A stretch of DNA of 64,000 nt, from assembly GCA_963666425.2 (NCBI GenBank), contig OY762825.2, positions 1,152,001 to 1,216,000 of the forward strand. Direction: 5' to 3'. Each line of letters opens with the position of its first letter. Within the stretch, counting starts at the first letter, position 1. The translations under genes and the position numbers were made by a program. The notes below the pieces were generated by a model. It saw only the letters and a list, made by a program, of their open reading frames with translations. It had not been told where the DNA came from and did no database searches. The DNA is from Bacillota bacterium (GTDB lineage Bacteria; Bacillota; JAAYKD01). Below are positions 19,930-30,299 of the stretch, in pieces.

Positions 19930-20180
19930 ATATTCCCACCTTCTTTTTTGTTGCCAATCTCCGCTAAAATGTTTCGTGACAGGCGCCCATTTGTGGCACT
20001 GTGTCGTTTTAATTCCTTGATAGACTCGCTCAGTTGAGGTAGTGGCACGCTTTCCCGGAACGTAGGCTGTTCGAATGGTCATTTCTTTTACTAGATATAA
20101 TTGCTTGTATATTTATTGACTGTGTTTAAACCTATATGCTATACTGATTGCAAAGTATACACAGAATGGAGTTAGTTGCC

Positions 20181-20690
20181 ATGGCAATCAGCGAACGAAT
20201 CAGGTTTATTCGCAATCCGCAAGGTATAACACAAAAATATATGGGTATGGCGATCGACTTTCCGGAGAGAACCACCGACATTCGCATAGCACAGCATGAA
20301 TCCGGTAAACGAAAGCCAAAGGTCGTTTTGACCGATGTACTTGCATCGGCTTTGGAAGTATCTCCTCTGGCGTTAAACGTTCCTGACATTGATAGTTATT
20401 ACGGGCTATGCATACCCTGTTTGTCATTGAGGATTTATATGATCTGCAGATTGGTGAGATTGACGGCGAAATGTGTCTACATCTCGATAAATTTCGCGGA
20501 ACATCCTATCTGAACATGTTTGATATGTTCAAAGCATGGCAGAATGAAGCTAAAAAGCTAAAAAAAAATGAAATTACCAAAGAGGAATAAATATGATCAA
20601 TGGCGTTATACTTATTCAAAAATCAAAGCCAAACGAACCAGAGCAGCGTTTGATGATCTACGTGAGAAATTTGAGGAATTGAAGCAATAA
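20181..20690 (+). pseudogene. XRE-family repressor of integrative elements, frameshifted
   Basis: MAISERIRFIRN..GITQKYMG..VSPLALNVPDIDSY | MHTLFVIEDLY..EITKEE* | YDQWRY split over frames. Confidence 0.8.
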
Positions 20691-20743
20691 ATCGTCATGG
20701 GAAATTAACTGAAATGAATGCAGAAGACTGATGGAGAAAACTA

Positions 20744-21588
20744 ATGGACAAACTTCAATACGACAGTTTTTATAAATTTCTTGTTTCAATTGGAGCAATA
20801 CTCATTGCGACCCCAGTCATAGGAATTTATCAACTTTTTACTGGTTCTTATGACATAATAATCAGTGAGCAGGAGTATTAAGTCTATCGGGACTCTCGCT
20901 ACTGTCTTTAGAAAATCGAGCAAAAATGTTAAAATTCATTTCCTCTGTATTTCCTTGGGTTTGTTTAGTAATAATAGCAATAGGCCTTGTATGTGTAGTT
21001 TATGGTTGCCGAAAATGGTATTTGCTCCAAAAAGAGATAGACGAGCAGACACACTTAGAAACACTTAAGAAACGCATCGATGCCAAACAGCTAACCACTT
21101 CCGAAGCTGTCGAACGTGCTATTGACGAAGTTATTGAGAATAACGAAGTCAATATTCCAACGAGTATGAATTCCCAGAAAAAAGCCATTGTGGATGCCAT
21201 TCAAATCGAGTATCAATATTGCGATTTTTTAAAGCGTCGACTACCTAATAAATATTCTATTAAGCAAAATGTCCGCATTGGCAATAGTGAATATGATATT
21301 GTAGCAATTTCTGAAAAAGATAAAACTGACTTATTATATGAAATAAAATATTGGAACACACCAAAGCCAATGCATTTACTATCCCGAGTATTAGAACGAA
21401 TTAAAGTTGCTGGGCAGAATTACGAAGACATTTCAAACCGAAATTATAGATTCAAACTTATAATTATTTCAGACCCCGAAGTACTATCTGATGTTAGGTC
21501 TGCATGCGAGCGTTATCTTGCAAAACATGATGTTAATTTCCCGCCTTTTACGGACATTGATTATTTCAGCACAAAGGAAATTCACTAG
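20744..21588 (+). pseudogene. Two-TM protein with C-terminal PD-(D/E)XK-like domain, one-base frameshift near 20878
   Basis: GGAG SD + MDKLQYDSFYKFLVSIGAILIATPVIGIY..EQEY then TAA; one extra T joins it to ORF 20926..21588, which has a second TM and YDIVA..YEIKY motif. Confidence 0.6.
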
Positions 21589-21604
21589 AATAACTGCAAA
21601 CAAT

Positions 21605-21645
21605 AAAAGAGCTAGCTGATCACTCAAAATCAGATAGCTCGTTTT
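21605..21645 (+). terminator. Putative bidirectional terminator
   Basis: AAAAGAGCTAGCTGAT..ATCAGATAGCTCGTTTT imperfect stem between converging genes. Confidence 0.5.
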
Positions 21646-21741
21646 GTATGAATAATGCAATTAGTATTGCCAAAACGTTGCCAGCACTAAATCAACAGGT
21701 TAAATACGTAGCATTAATGCGGCTTTCCGGGTTTCAATGAA

Positions 21742-23277
21742 TTATTCCCACTCAATCGTGGCAGGCGGTTTTGAGGTGATATCATAAACAACACGGTTGA
21801 TTTCCGGCATTTCGTTGATAATACAGCCGGAGATTTTTTCCAATACATCGTATGGAATCCGCGCCCAATCGGCGGTCATGCCGTCCACACTGGTGACAGC
21901 ACGCACAACAATCGTTTGGCTGTAGGTGCGTTCGTCGCCCATCACACCCACCGATTGGATATTCGGCAGCACCGTAAAGCATTGCCAGATCACACGGTCA
22001 AGACCGGCATTGGTCAGTTCACGGCGCATGATATAGTCACTTTCACGCAGGATGCGCAGTTTTTCCAGGGAGAGCGCTCCCAGGCAGCGAATCGCCAGAC
22101 CCGGTCCCGGGAAGGGTTGACGATAAACCACTTTTTCCGGCAGACCAAGTTCTAAGCCCAGTTCGCGGACTTCATCTTTGAACAATTCTCTCAGCGGCTC
22201 AATCAGCTGGAATTTCATATCTTCCGGCAAACCGCCAACGTTATGGTGCGATTTGATGGTGGCGGCTGTTGCGGTTCCGCTTTCCACCACATCGGGATAA
22301 AGGGTTCCCTGCACCAAGTAATCAATTTCGCCCAACTTATTTGCTTCTTCTTCAAAGACGCGGATAAATTCAGTGCCGATGATTTTTCGTTTTTTCTCCG
22401 GTTCCGAGACGCCCTCCAATTGCTTGAGGAAACGCTCAGAAGCATCGACTGCCACCATTTTGATTTTCAGTTCCTCACGGAATAATTGAATTACCTGAGC
22501 GCCTTCGTCTTTGCGCAGCATACCATGATCGACAAAGACACAGGTGAGATTTTCGCCAATGGCACGATTGACCAAAGCCGCCGCTACGGAAGAATCGACG
22601 CCGCCGGACAAGGCGCAGAGCACCTTGCTGTCGCCAACTTTGGCTTTAATCCGTTCCACTTCTTCTTTGAGAAAATCGGCCATCGACCAATCGCCCTTTA
22701 AGCCGCAGATCTGAAAGAGGAAATTCTTTAAAATCGCCATGCCGTGTTCAGTGTGCGTCACTTCCGGGTGAAACTGCACACCATACAGCTTTTTCTCCGG
22801 CAGCGCCATTGCCGCTACGGGAGAGTTCGGCGATTGCGCCAGTACCTGCCAACCTTGCGGCACTTCTTCAATGTAAACGCCATGGCTCATCCAGCAACTG
22901 CTGCTTTCCGTGACATTCTGCCATAGCGGAGAAGCTGTGTGATTAATCTGCAGCGTCGTTTTGCCGTATTCCTTTTTCTCAGCGCGGCTGACCCGGCCGC
23001 CCAAAAGATACGCCATCAGCTGCATGCCATAACAAATGCCGAGAACAGGAATTCCCAGCGAAAATAAAGCAGGATCAACCATCGGCGCCTGATCTGTATA
23101 GACTGTGGCAGGACCGCCGGAAAGTACAATCGCTTGGGGTTCCAGGGCTTTCAATGCATCTATGTTGATATTATAAGGTTTGATTTCGCAAAAAACATGG
23201 CATTCCCGAATGCGCCTGGCAATTAGCTGCACATATTGGCCGCCAAAATCAAGAATAATGACGCGTTGATGTTTCAT
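21742..23277 (-). CDS. guaA: GMP synthase (glutamine-hydrolysing)
   Basis: [35 protein letters not shown]. Confidence 0.98.
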   Translation of the reverse strand: MKHQRVIILDFGGQYVQLIARRIRECHVFCEIKPYNINIDALKALEPQAIVLSGGPATVYTDQAPMVDPALFSLGIPVLGICYGMQLMAYLLGGRVSRAEKKEYGKTTLQINHTASPLWQNVTESSSCWMSHGVYIEEVPQGWQVLAQSPNSPVAAMALPEKKLYGVQFHPEVTHTEHGMAILKNFLFQICGLKGDWSMADFLKEEVERIKAKVGDSKVLCALSGGVDSSVAAALVNRAIGENLTCVFVDHGMLRKDEGAQVIQLFREELKIKMVAVDASERFLKQLEGVSEPEKKRKIIGTEFIRVFEEEANKLGEIDYLVQGTLYPDVVESGTATAATIKSHHNVGGLPEDMKFQLIEPLRELFKDEVRELGLELGLPEKVVYRQPFPGPGLAIRCLGALSLEKLRILRESDYIMRRELTNAGLDRVIWQCFTVLPNIQSVGVMGDERTYSQTIVVRAVTSVDGMTADWARIPYDVLEKISGCIINEMPEINRVVYDITSKPPATIEWE

Positions 23278-23400
23278 TGGTATCAGCCTTCCCTCTCTTT
23301 TTCTATGCAGCAATTATAGCATATCCGAACGTTGCTTGGCAAGTGTGTCTTGATTGTTCGCCAAAATCATTTTCTGGGAGAATTGCATTTTCCGCAAATA

Positions 23401-23442
23401 AAAAACACCTTTCCGGCTCCGCAAGAGAGCAGGAAAGGTGTT
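23401..23442 (-). terminator. Terminator after groEL
   Basis: AACACCTTTCC..GGAAAGGTGTT stem with T-run on the minus strand. Confidence 0.65.
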
Positions 23443-23481
23443 GATTCACTTTAACAGTAAACTGCTCTTGGCAGAGTCAGT

Positions 23482-25143
<1,662 letters not shown>

Positions 25144-25151
25144 TTATGCTT

Positions 25152-25439
25152 CTATTTGACGATGGCTAGAATATCCTTTTCACTCAAAATTAAATAGTCT
25201 TCACCGCTGTTTTTTACTTCACTGCCGGCGTATTTGGAATAGATCACACGATCGCCAACGCTGACTTCCAAGGCAACTTTTTGGCCGTTGTCCAGGATTT
25301 TACCGCTGCCGACGGCGACAACTTCGCCTTCCTGCGGTTTTTCTTTGGCATTACCCGGTAATACAATACCACTCGCCAATTTTTCTTCCTGAGGTAAAAC
25401 TTTAATTACAACACGATCTCCTAATGGTTTTAAGTTCAT
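25152..25439 (-). CDS. groS: Co-chaperonin GroES
   Basis: [25 protein letters not shown]; start after AAGGAGG. Confidence 0.98.
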   Translation of the reverse strand: MNLKPLGDRVVIKVLPQEEKLASGIVLPGNAKEKPQEGEVVAVGSGKILDNGQKVALEVSVGDRVIYSKYAGSEVKNSGEDYLILSEKDILAIVK

Positions 25440-25468
25440 CTGGAATTCCTCCTTCAATTTGATCGTTG

Positions 25469-25495
25469 TTAGCACTCTCAGCTGTTGAGTGCTAA
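25469..25495. promoter_or_regulatory. CIRCE element (HrcA operator)
   Basis: Exact TTAGCACTC-N9-GAGTGCTAA upstream of groES. Confidence 0.97.
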
Positions 25496-25622
25496 CTTCT
25501 GCTCTTATGATAATCATCTTCCGGTCCTTAGGCAACCGCGATATTTAGCTTAATTCAGCCTAAATCGGACAATAATAACAAATTTTAGGCTTTTAAAATT
25601 TCAGTCTCTTGTTTCTTCCCGT

Positions 25623-26216
25623 TTAAACCCGTTCTCTCCCGTTTACGCCAAAAAAGCTATAAAATGCTAAATCCGTTAGCAAATAATCAATCGTTTGATC
25701 GTGCGGTTTTGGCTGCAATTTTTCTACCATCTGAAAATCATAGGCCAACGCCACCCGCACGGCATTCACCCGGCAGCGTAAGAGAAATCGATCGTAATAG
25801 CCGGCGCCATAACCCATGCGATTGCCCGTCCGATCAAAGACAGAACCCGGGATCAAAATGAAATCAAGCGCAGCCGGATCGACCCTCGTTGCCAGATTGT
25901 CCGGCGGCTCCAGTATACCATAATTACTGCTTTCAAGATCCGCCCAGGATTTGATTCTGTGCACCTCCAAGCGGCGGTCTTTGGGGTGACAGCGAGGTAC
26001 TACTACTTGCTTGCCGCTGGTCCAAGCCAGCTCAATCAGCGCTCGTGTATCAATTTCGCTGCGAAAAGAAACGAACAGCATCACGGTTTTGGCCTGCTGC
26101 CACTGCGGCAGTGCCGTCAGACGCTGTGTCACAGCAGCGGCTGCTGCTGCTCTCGCTTCGCCCGAGAGACTGTCACGCCGGCTTAAAATGCGGCTGCGCA
26201 GTTCCTTGTCCTCCAT
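25623..26216 (-). CDS. 5-formyltetrahydrofolate cyclo-ligase
   Basis: K.ELR, SEIDT, GILEP, RMGYGAGYYDRFL, PHD. Confidence 0.92.
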   Translation of the reverse strand: MEDKELRSRILSRRDSLSGEARAAAAAAVTQRLTALPQWQQAKTVMLFVSFRSEIDTRALIELAWTSGKQVVVPRCHPKDRRLEVHRIKSWADLESSNYGILEPPDNLATRVDPAALDFILIPGSVFDRTGNRMGYGAGYYDRFLLRCRVNAVRVALAYDFQMVEKLQPKPHDQTIDYLLTDLAFYSFFGVNGRERV

Positions 26217-27268
26217 TACAGCACCTTCTTCTTTTCTTTCACAGCCGGCATCGCTTCGCCCAGCTGCAAATCCGGGTATGCATTCAAATAATAATCGGCT
26301 GTTTCGCCGCGCATGTATTTGTAATAACCGGCGGCAGCAATCATGGCGCCGTTATCTGTGCAGAGCGTCATAGATGGAACCGAGAAGGGAATTTGGTAGA
26401 GATCAGCCATTTCACGCATGGCTTTGCGCAGCGCTTGATTGGCTGCTACACCGCCGGCCAGCATAAAAGAAGCATAGCGCTGTTGGCCCATTTCTCTTTC
26501 CACATTAGCCAGCAAGGATTTCACCACCGTCTGCTGAAAAGAAGCAGCCAAATCAGCCAGATTTAAAACTTCGCCGTTTTGCTCCGCTTTATGGTGTAAG
26601 TTGATCACTGTCGTCTTTAAACCGCTGAACGACCATTCCCGATGTTCGTTGATGCTGGCCAAAGGCAGGGTATAAGCATTCGGATTCCCTTGTAAGGCCA
26701 GTTTCTCCACCGCGGGACCGCCGGGATAGGATAAACCCAAGACACGCGCCACTTTATCAAACGCTTCGCCGGCAGCGTCATCGCGGGTGCTGCCTAAAAT
26801 TTCCAGTTTGCCATGTTCGGGAATCCGAATCAAATCGGTATGTCCACCGGAAACCACCAGGCAGAGCGCCGGAAAGGGCAGGTCGGGATGTTCCAGGAAA
26901 TTAGCATAAATGTGGCCTTCCATATGGTTCACAGCCACCAAAGGTTTCTGTAAAGCGTAAGCCAGCGCTTTTGCAGTGGAGACACCCACCAATAAAGCGC
27001 CTACCAAGCCCGGTCCGCAGGTGACCGCAATGGCAGTTAAATCCTGCAAGGTGACCCCGGCTTCCTGCAGCGCTTCCGCAATCACCTGATTGACAACTTC
27101 CAGATGCTTGCGGGAAGCAATTTCCGGCACAACACCACCAAATAGACGGTGGATGGGGATCTGGGTAGAGATAAGATTGCTCAGCACTTTGCTGCCATTT
27201 TCCAGTATGGCCGCTGAAGTCTCATCGCAGGAGGTTTCCAAGCCTAAGATCAATTGACGGCTAGACAT
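26216..27268 (-). CDS. tsaD: tRNA t6A threonylcarbamoyltransferase TsaD
   Basis: LGLETSCDETS, GGVVPEIASRKH, HMEGH, SGGHT, CTDNGAMIA. Confidence 0.97.
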   Translation of the reverse strand: MSSRQLILGLETSCDETSAAILENGSKVLSNLISTQIPIHRLFGGVVPEIASRKHLEVVNQVIAEALQEAGVTLQDLTAIAVTCGPGLVGALLVGVSTAKALAYALQKPLVAVNHMEGHIYANFLEHPDLPFPALCLVVSGGHTDLIRIPEHGKLEILGSTRDDAAGEAFDKVARVLGLSYPGGPAVEKLALQGNPNAYTLPLASINEHREWSFSGLKTTVINLHHKAEQNGEVLNLADLAASFQQTVVKSLLANVEREMGQQRYASFMLAGGVAANQALRKAMREMADLYQIPFSVPSMTLCTDNGAMIAAAGYYKYMRGETADYYLNAYPDLQLGEAMPAVKEKKKVL

Positions 27269-27800
27269 CTTCTTCCTCCTCCTCCTTCTCTTCTTCCAGA
27301 AGCAGCCAGTCTTCCCGAATGGCACAGTCATTCATGTTGCGTTTCCAGAGAATCAGCGCATCTTCTTTGTTATCGGTATAATAGCCTTTGCGGCAGCCTT
27401 CTTCGACAAAACCAAATTGCTGATAAAGCCGCAGTGCCGGTAGGTTGCTGCGACGAACTTCCAGGGTGCAGGCGGAAATGCTGCAGCCGCGGGCGTTCGC
27501 CAATAAGACGGCGAGCAATTGCTTGGCTAGTCCCCGCTGCCGCCAGTCGGGATCGACTGCCACATTGGTAATATGGCCCTCATCAAAGATCAGCCAAATT
27601 CCGGCATAACCCACCACCAATTCCCCGGCCGTCACAACCAAATAGCGCGCCAAAGGGTTTCTCGTCAGTTCATCCTGAAAAGCGCTTCTGGGCCAGGGCA
27701 TGCTGAAACAACGCTGTTCCAAAGCCATCACCTGATCCAAATCTTCTGGTTTCATGGCGCGGATCAGAAACGCCTCCTGCATTTTTATCTCTTCATTCAT
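27261..27800 (-). CDS. rimI: Ribosomal protein S18 alanine N-acetyltransferase
   Basis: EGHITNVAV, RQRGLA, TLEVRRSN, YYTDNKEDA; start MNEEIK. Confidence 0.92.
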   Translation of the reverse strand: MNEEIKMQEAFLIRAMKPEDLDQVMALEQRCFSMPWPRSAFQDELTRNPLARYLVVTAGELVVGYAGIWLIFDEGHITNVAVDPDWRQRGLAKQLLAVLLANARGCSISACTLEVRRSNLPALRLYQQFGFVEEGCRKGYYTDNKEDALILWKRNMNDCAIREDWLLLEEEKEEEEEDV

Positions 27801-28516
27801 GCTTTTTCCTGCTCCTCGGCCAGACGGGCTAAGCGTTTTACTTCCGCTTCCGATTGCCGTAAGTACTGCGGGCGCAGGGCAAACAGCGAAGTGTTTTTTC
27901 CCTCTTGCAGCTTGCGGTAACCCAGAGTCCCCAGCATCGCCGGACGCGGCAGACGCTGACAGTCGGGTGCCAGGCGGCTGCGTTCTCCCAATGCCTGCAG
28001 CAAGGGTTCCCGATATGTCTCCATGGCATCGCCGATCGGCCAAACAAGCTCAGAATAGGGTTCGATCATCGCAGCCAGCTCTGTCAGTTTACGCTGACAG
28101 GGTTCGATCAGGGTTTCCAACTGCTGGTCCCGGCGGCGATACAGGGCAGTATAAAATTCACCGCGTCTGGCGTCCAGCAACGGCAGAATCAAACCATTGC
28201 CGCCGGCAAATCCGGCAGCCCAGGCTTCCAGAGTCGATACGCCAACCAGCGGGCAATTTAGCCCCTGAGCCAGGCCTTTGGCCGTGCTCATGCCAATCCG
28301 TAAACCGGTAAAGGACCCAGGTCCTTCGGTCACCACAATCGCTTCAACCTGCGTGATGGCATAACCTGCTTCTTTTAAGAGAAAATCCAGGGCGGGCAGC
28401 AGGCGCTGCGAATGGGTCAATCCCGATGAGATGATACACTCCGCCAAGACGGTTTCATCCTGCAGCAAAGCCAAACCGGAATAACGGGTAGCGGCATCGA
28501 TGGCAATCAGCAGCAT
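27797..28516 (-). CDS. tsaB: tRNA t6A biosynthesis protein TsaB
   Basis: HSQRLLP, GPGSFTGLRIG, LDARRGE, P.YLRQSEAE. Confidence 0.95.
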   Translation of the reverse strand: MLLIAIDAATRYSGLALLQDETVLAECIISSGLTHSQRLLPALDFLLKEAGYAITQVEAIVVTEGPGSFTGLRIGMSTAKGLAQGLNCPLVGVSTLEAWAAGFAGGNGLILPLLDARRGEFYTALYRRRDQQLETLIEPCQRKLTELAAMIEPYSELVWPIGDAMETYREPLLQALGERSRLAPDCQRLPRPAMLGTLGYRKLQEGKNTSLFALRPQYLRQSEAEVKRLARLAEEQEKA

Positions 28517-28971
28517 AACATCAACTCCTTCAACAAAGACTCATAAGGCGCACCAATGGCTATCCAGTCGTAATTCCGACCGTCTGGTGCATAAGAAATC
28601 GAAAGCTGCAGATACTCTGCCGGCAGTAAGCGCGGGAATAATCCCATCCATTCCACCAGCACAATCGCTTCGCCGTTCTGCAATTCATCCCAGCCAAGAT
28701 CGAGCACTTCTTCTTCCTGCTGCAGACGATAAAGATCCAGATGGTGCACTGTAAAACGGCTCTGATAGCTATGCAGTAAAGCAAAAGTCGGGCTTTGCAC
28801 CGGACGTTCAACGCCCAAAGCGGCTAAAACCGTCTGCGTAAACGTGGTTTTACCGGCACCCAATTCACCGTCCAAGGCAAGAAAAGCACCCGGAAAAAGC
28901 AAACCGGCCAATCGCCGGGCAATCTCGGTCATCCGGGCAACCGATACCGCTTCCTGATGCCATTCGATCAT
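28507..28971 (-). CDS. tsaE: tRNA t6A ATPase TsaE
   Basis: GELGAGKTT, SPTF, HLDLYRL, VEW; start MIEWHQ after AAGGAG. Confidence 0.95.
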   Translation of the reverse strand: MIEWHQEAVSVARMTEIARRLAGLLFPGAFLALDGELGAGKTTFTQTVLAALGVERPVQSPTFALLHSYQSRFTVHHLDLYRLQQEEEVLDLGWDELQNGEAIVLVEWMGLFPRLLPAEYLQLSISYAPDGRNYDWIAIGAPYESLLKELMLCC

Positions 28972-28991
28972 TTTTAGTCTCCTTTGCAGGT

Positions 28992-30299
28992 CTACTCGCC
29001 GGTGAATTTTTCCACATTGGCGCGGGGGACCGATAATAATTCCCCGTTGATGGAGAGTTCGTAAATCAATGTCTGCACACCGGACGGTAAAATTACTTCC
29101 TGTTCCGGATCGGCGGTGATTTTGCCAATCATCCCAAACCAAGGTTCGCGGATGATGCGTACCGTATCGCCAACCTGCAGTTCCTCCATCACAGAGACTG
29201 TCTTTTCTACTTCTGTGCTGACGGAGTCGTTTTCTCCCGCCGGCAGCGAAATTTCCGGACGAATCACACCGGCGCGAATCTGCGTCAGCCCGTTGATCGA
29301 AACCGTTTTTCCCTCATAAGCAGCAATGGTTTGGAAAACCTGCTGCCGCATTGGAATTTGACCCATTCCTTCCGTGATCACCAAAGTCAGCTTAATGCCC
29401 TGATTGATGATACCCGGTTTCACTTCGTGCCCCAGCAGCTGAACGATATCGCTATTATGCGCACCGCCGCAGATGATGCCTGCCACACCAACCTGCAGTG
29501 CCTTCTGCATCGCCTCATAGGTCAGCAAGGAACCGGTCAGAAGAATCTTGCCCTGATCCGCAGCCGTGATTTCTTTGGCGGCCAAAACATCCTGCGCCGT
29601 ATTGACGGCCTGACGCAGTTCACCCCAGGCTTCTCCGCCAATGCCAAATACCCCAGTCAGGCGGATCAGATCACTTTCCAGCACCGCGCCCAATTCAGGT
29701 ATGATTTCCGCCACATGCCCACTGACATAGGCAAAGGTTTGCGTCAGAACAAAGGGCCGCTTGATCGAGATGACAGCTCCGTCAATTTGGGTAATCACAC
29801 CGGCAATCGGCGCAAGCACCCGTTGATTGTCTTCATCCATCGCTAAGGTATCGCCCATCTGCAGCACATCACCCACCCGCACCTGAATGATGCGTTTGGC
29901 CAGCAAGACCGGCATATCAAATTCTTTGGCAATATTGACCTGACGCAGCGGTTCATCCGGATCGCCTTCCAAGCGCAAGGCAATCGTACCCAGCAAAGAG
30001 GAGATTTGTTCGATATTGCCATCGGCGGGCGCTTGGATTTCCATCGTCTGACCGTTATTGACCACACCGGCCAGGACTTGACCGGCTTTGACGCTCTCCC
30101 CTTCTTTGACAACAGCCAATTGCGGCATCATTGTTGGCGCCAGACCAAATTTCTCGGCGACCGGAATCAGAACAGGTTCCACCGGCTGCAGCTTTGTTTC
30201 AGCAATTAAGGTATTGGGGAACACCTGCTGGCCTTTTTCGACCAGGACTTTGCCGATGTTCGGCAATACCCGCGTAAATCTTTCTCGTTTGGCTTGCAT
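28992..30299 (-). CDS. Uncharacterised protein with repeated barrel-sandwich-hybrid motifs and C-terminal KOW-like motif (GlmL partner)
   Basis: VKEGESVKAGQVLA..APADG and VRVGDVLQMGDTLA..APIAG repeats; GVFGIGGE, TEGMG, GLTQIRAGVIRPE; VGDTVRIIREPWFG. Confidence 0.7.
   Translation of the reverse strand: MQAKRERFTRVLPNIGKVLVEKGQQVFPNTLIAETKLQPVEPVLIPVAEKFGLAPTMMPQLAVVKEGESVKAGQVLAGVVNNGQTMEIQAPADGNIEQISSLLGTIALRLEGDPDEPLRQVNIAKEFDMPVLLAKRIIQVRVGDVLQMGDTLAMDEDNQRVLAPIAGVITQIDGAVISIKRPFVLTQTFAYVSGHVAEIIPELGAVLESDLIRLTGVFGIGGEAWGELRQAVNTAQDVLAAKEITAADQGKILLTGSLLTYEAMQKALQVGVAGIICGGAHNSDIVQLLGHEVKPGIINQGIKLTLVITEGMGQIPMRQQVFQTIAAYEGKTVSINGLTQIRAGVIRPEISLPAGENDSVSTEVEKTVSVMEELQVGDTVRIIREPWFGMIGKITADPEQEVILPSGVQTLIYELSINGELLSVPRANVEKFTGE

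Larger units (their letters stand above)
3233..21741. mobile_element. Decayed integrative element / defence island at guaA 3' end (left border uncertain)
   Basis: Abuts the guaA stop; contains int, xis and xre remnants, IS21, IS30 remnant, type I R-M and AT-rich cargo; no second att copy found. Confidence 0.7.

Noticed and set aside
19932-19940. TATTCCCAC match to the guaA 3' end as a second att site
   Set aside because: Only about 9 bp, and it coincides with the xis ribosome-binding region; likely chance
23278-23400. Purine riboswitch upstream of guaA
   Set aside because: A TTGCCA-17-TATAAT promoter leaves only about 35 nt of leader, and no aptamer core is visible
27261-27331. rimI-tsaD fusion or programmed frameshift suggested by the poly-Glu tail / poly-Arg leader
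   Set aside because: The GA-rich tract is simply the tsaD SD region; the genes overlap normally by 8 nt
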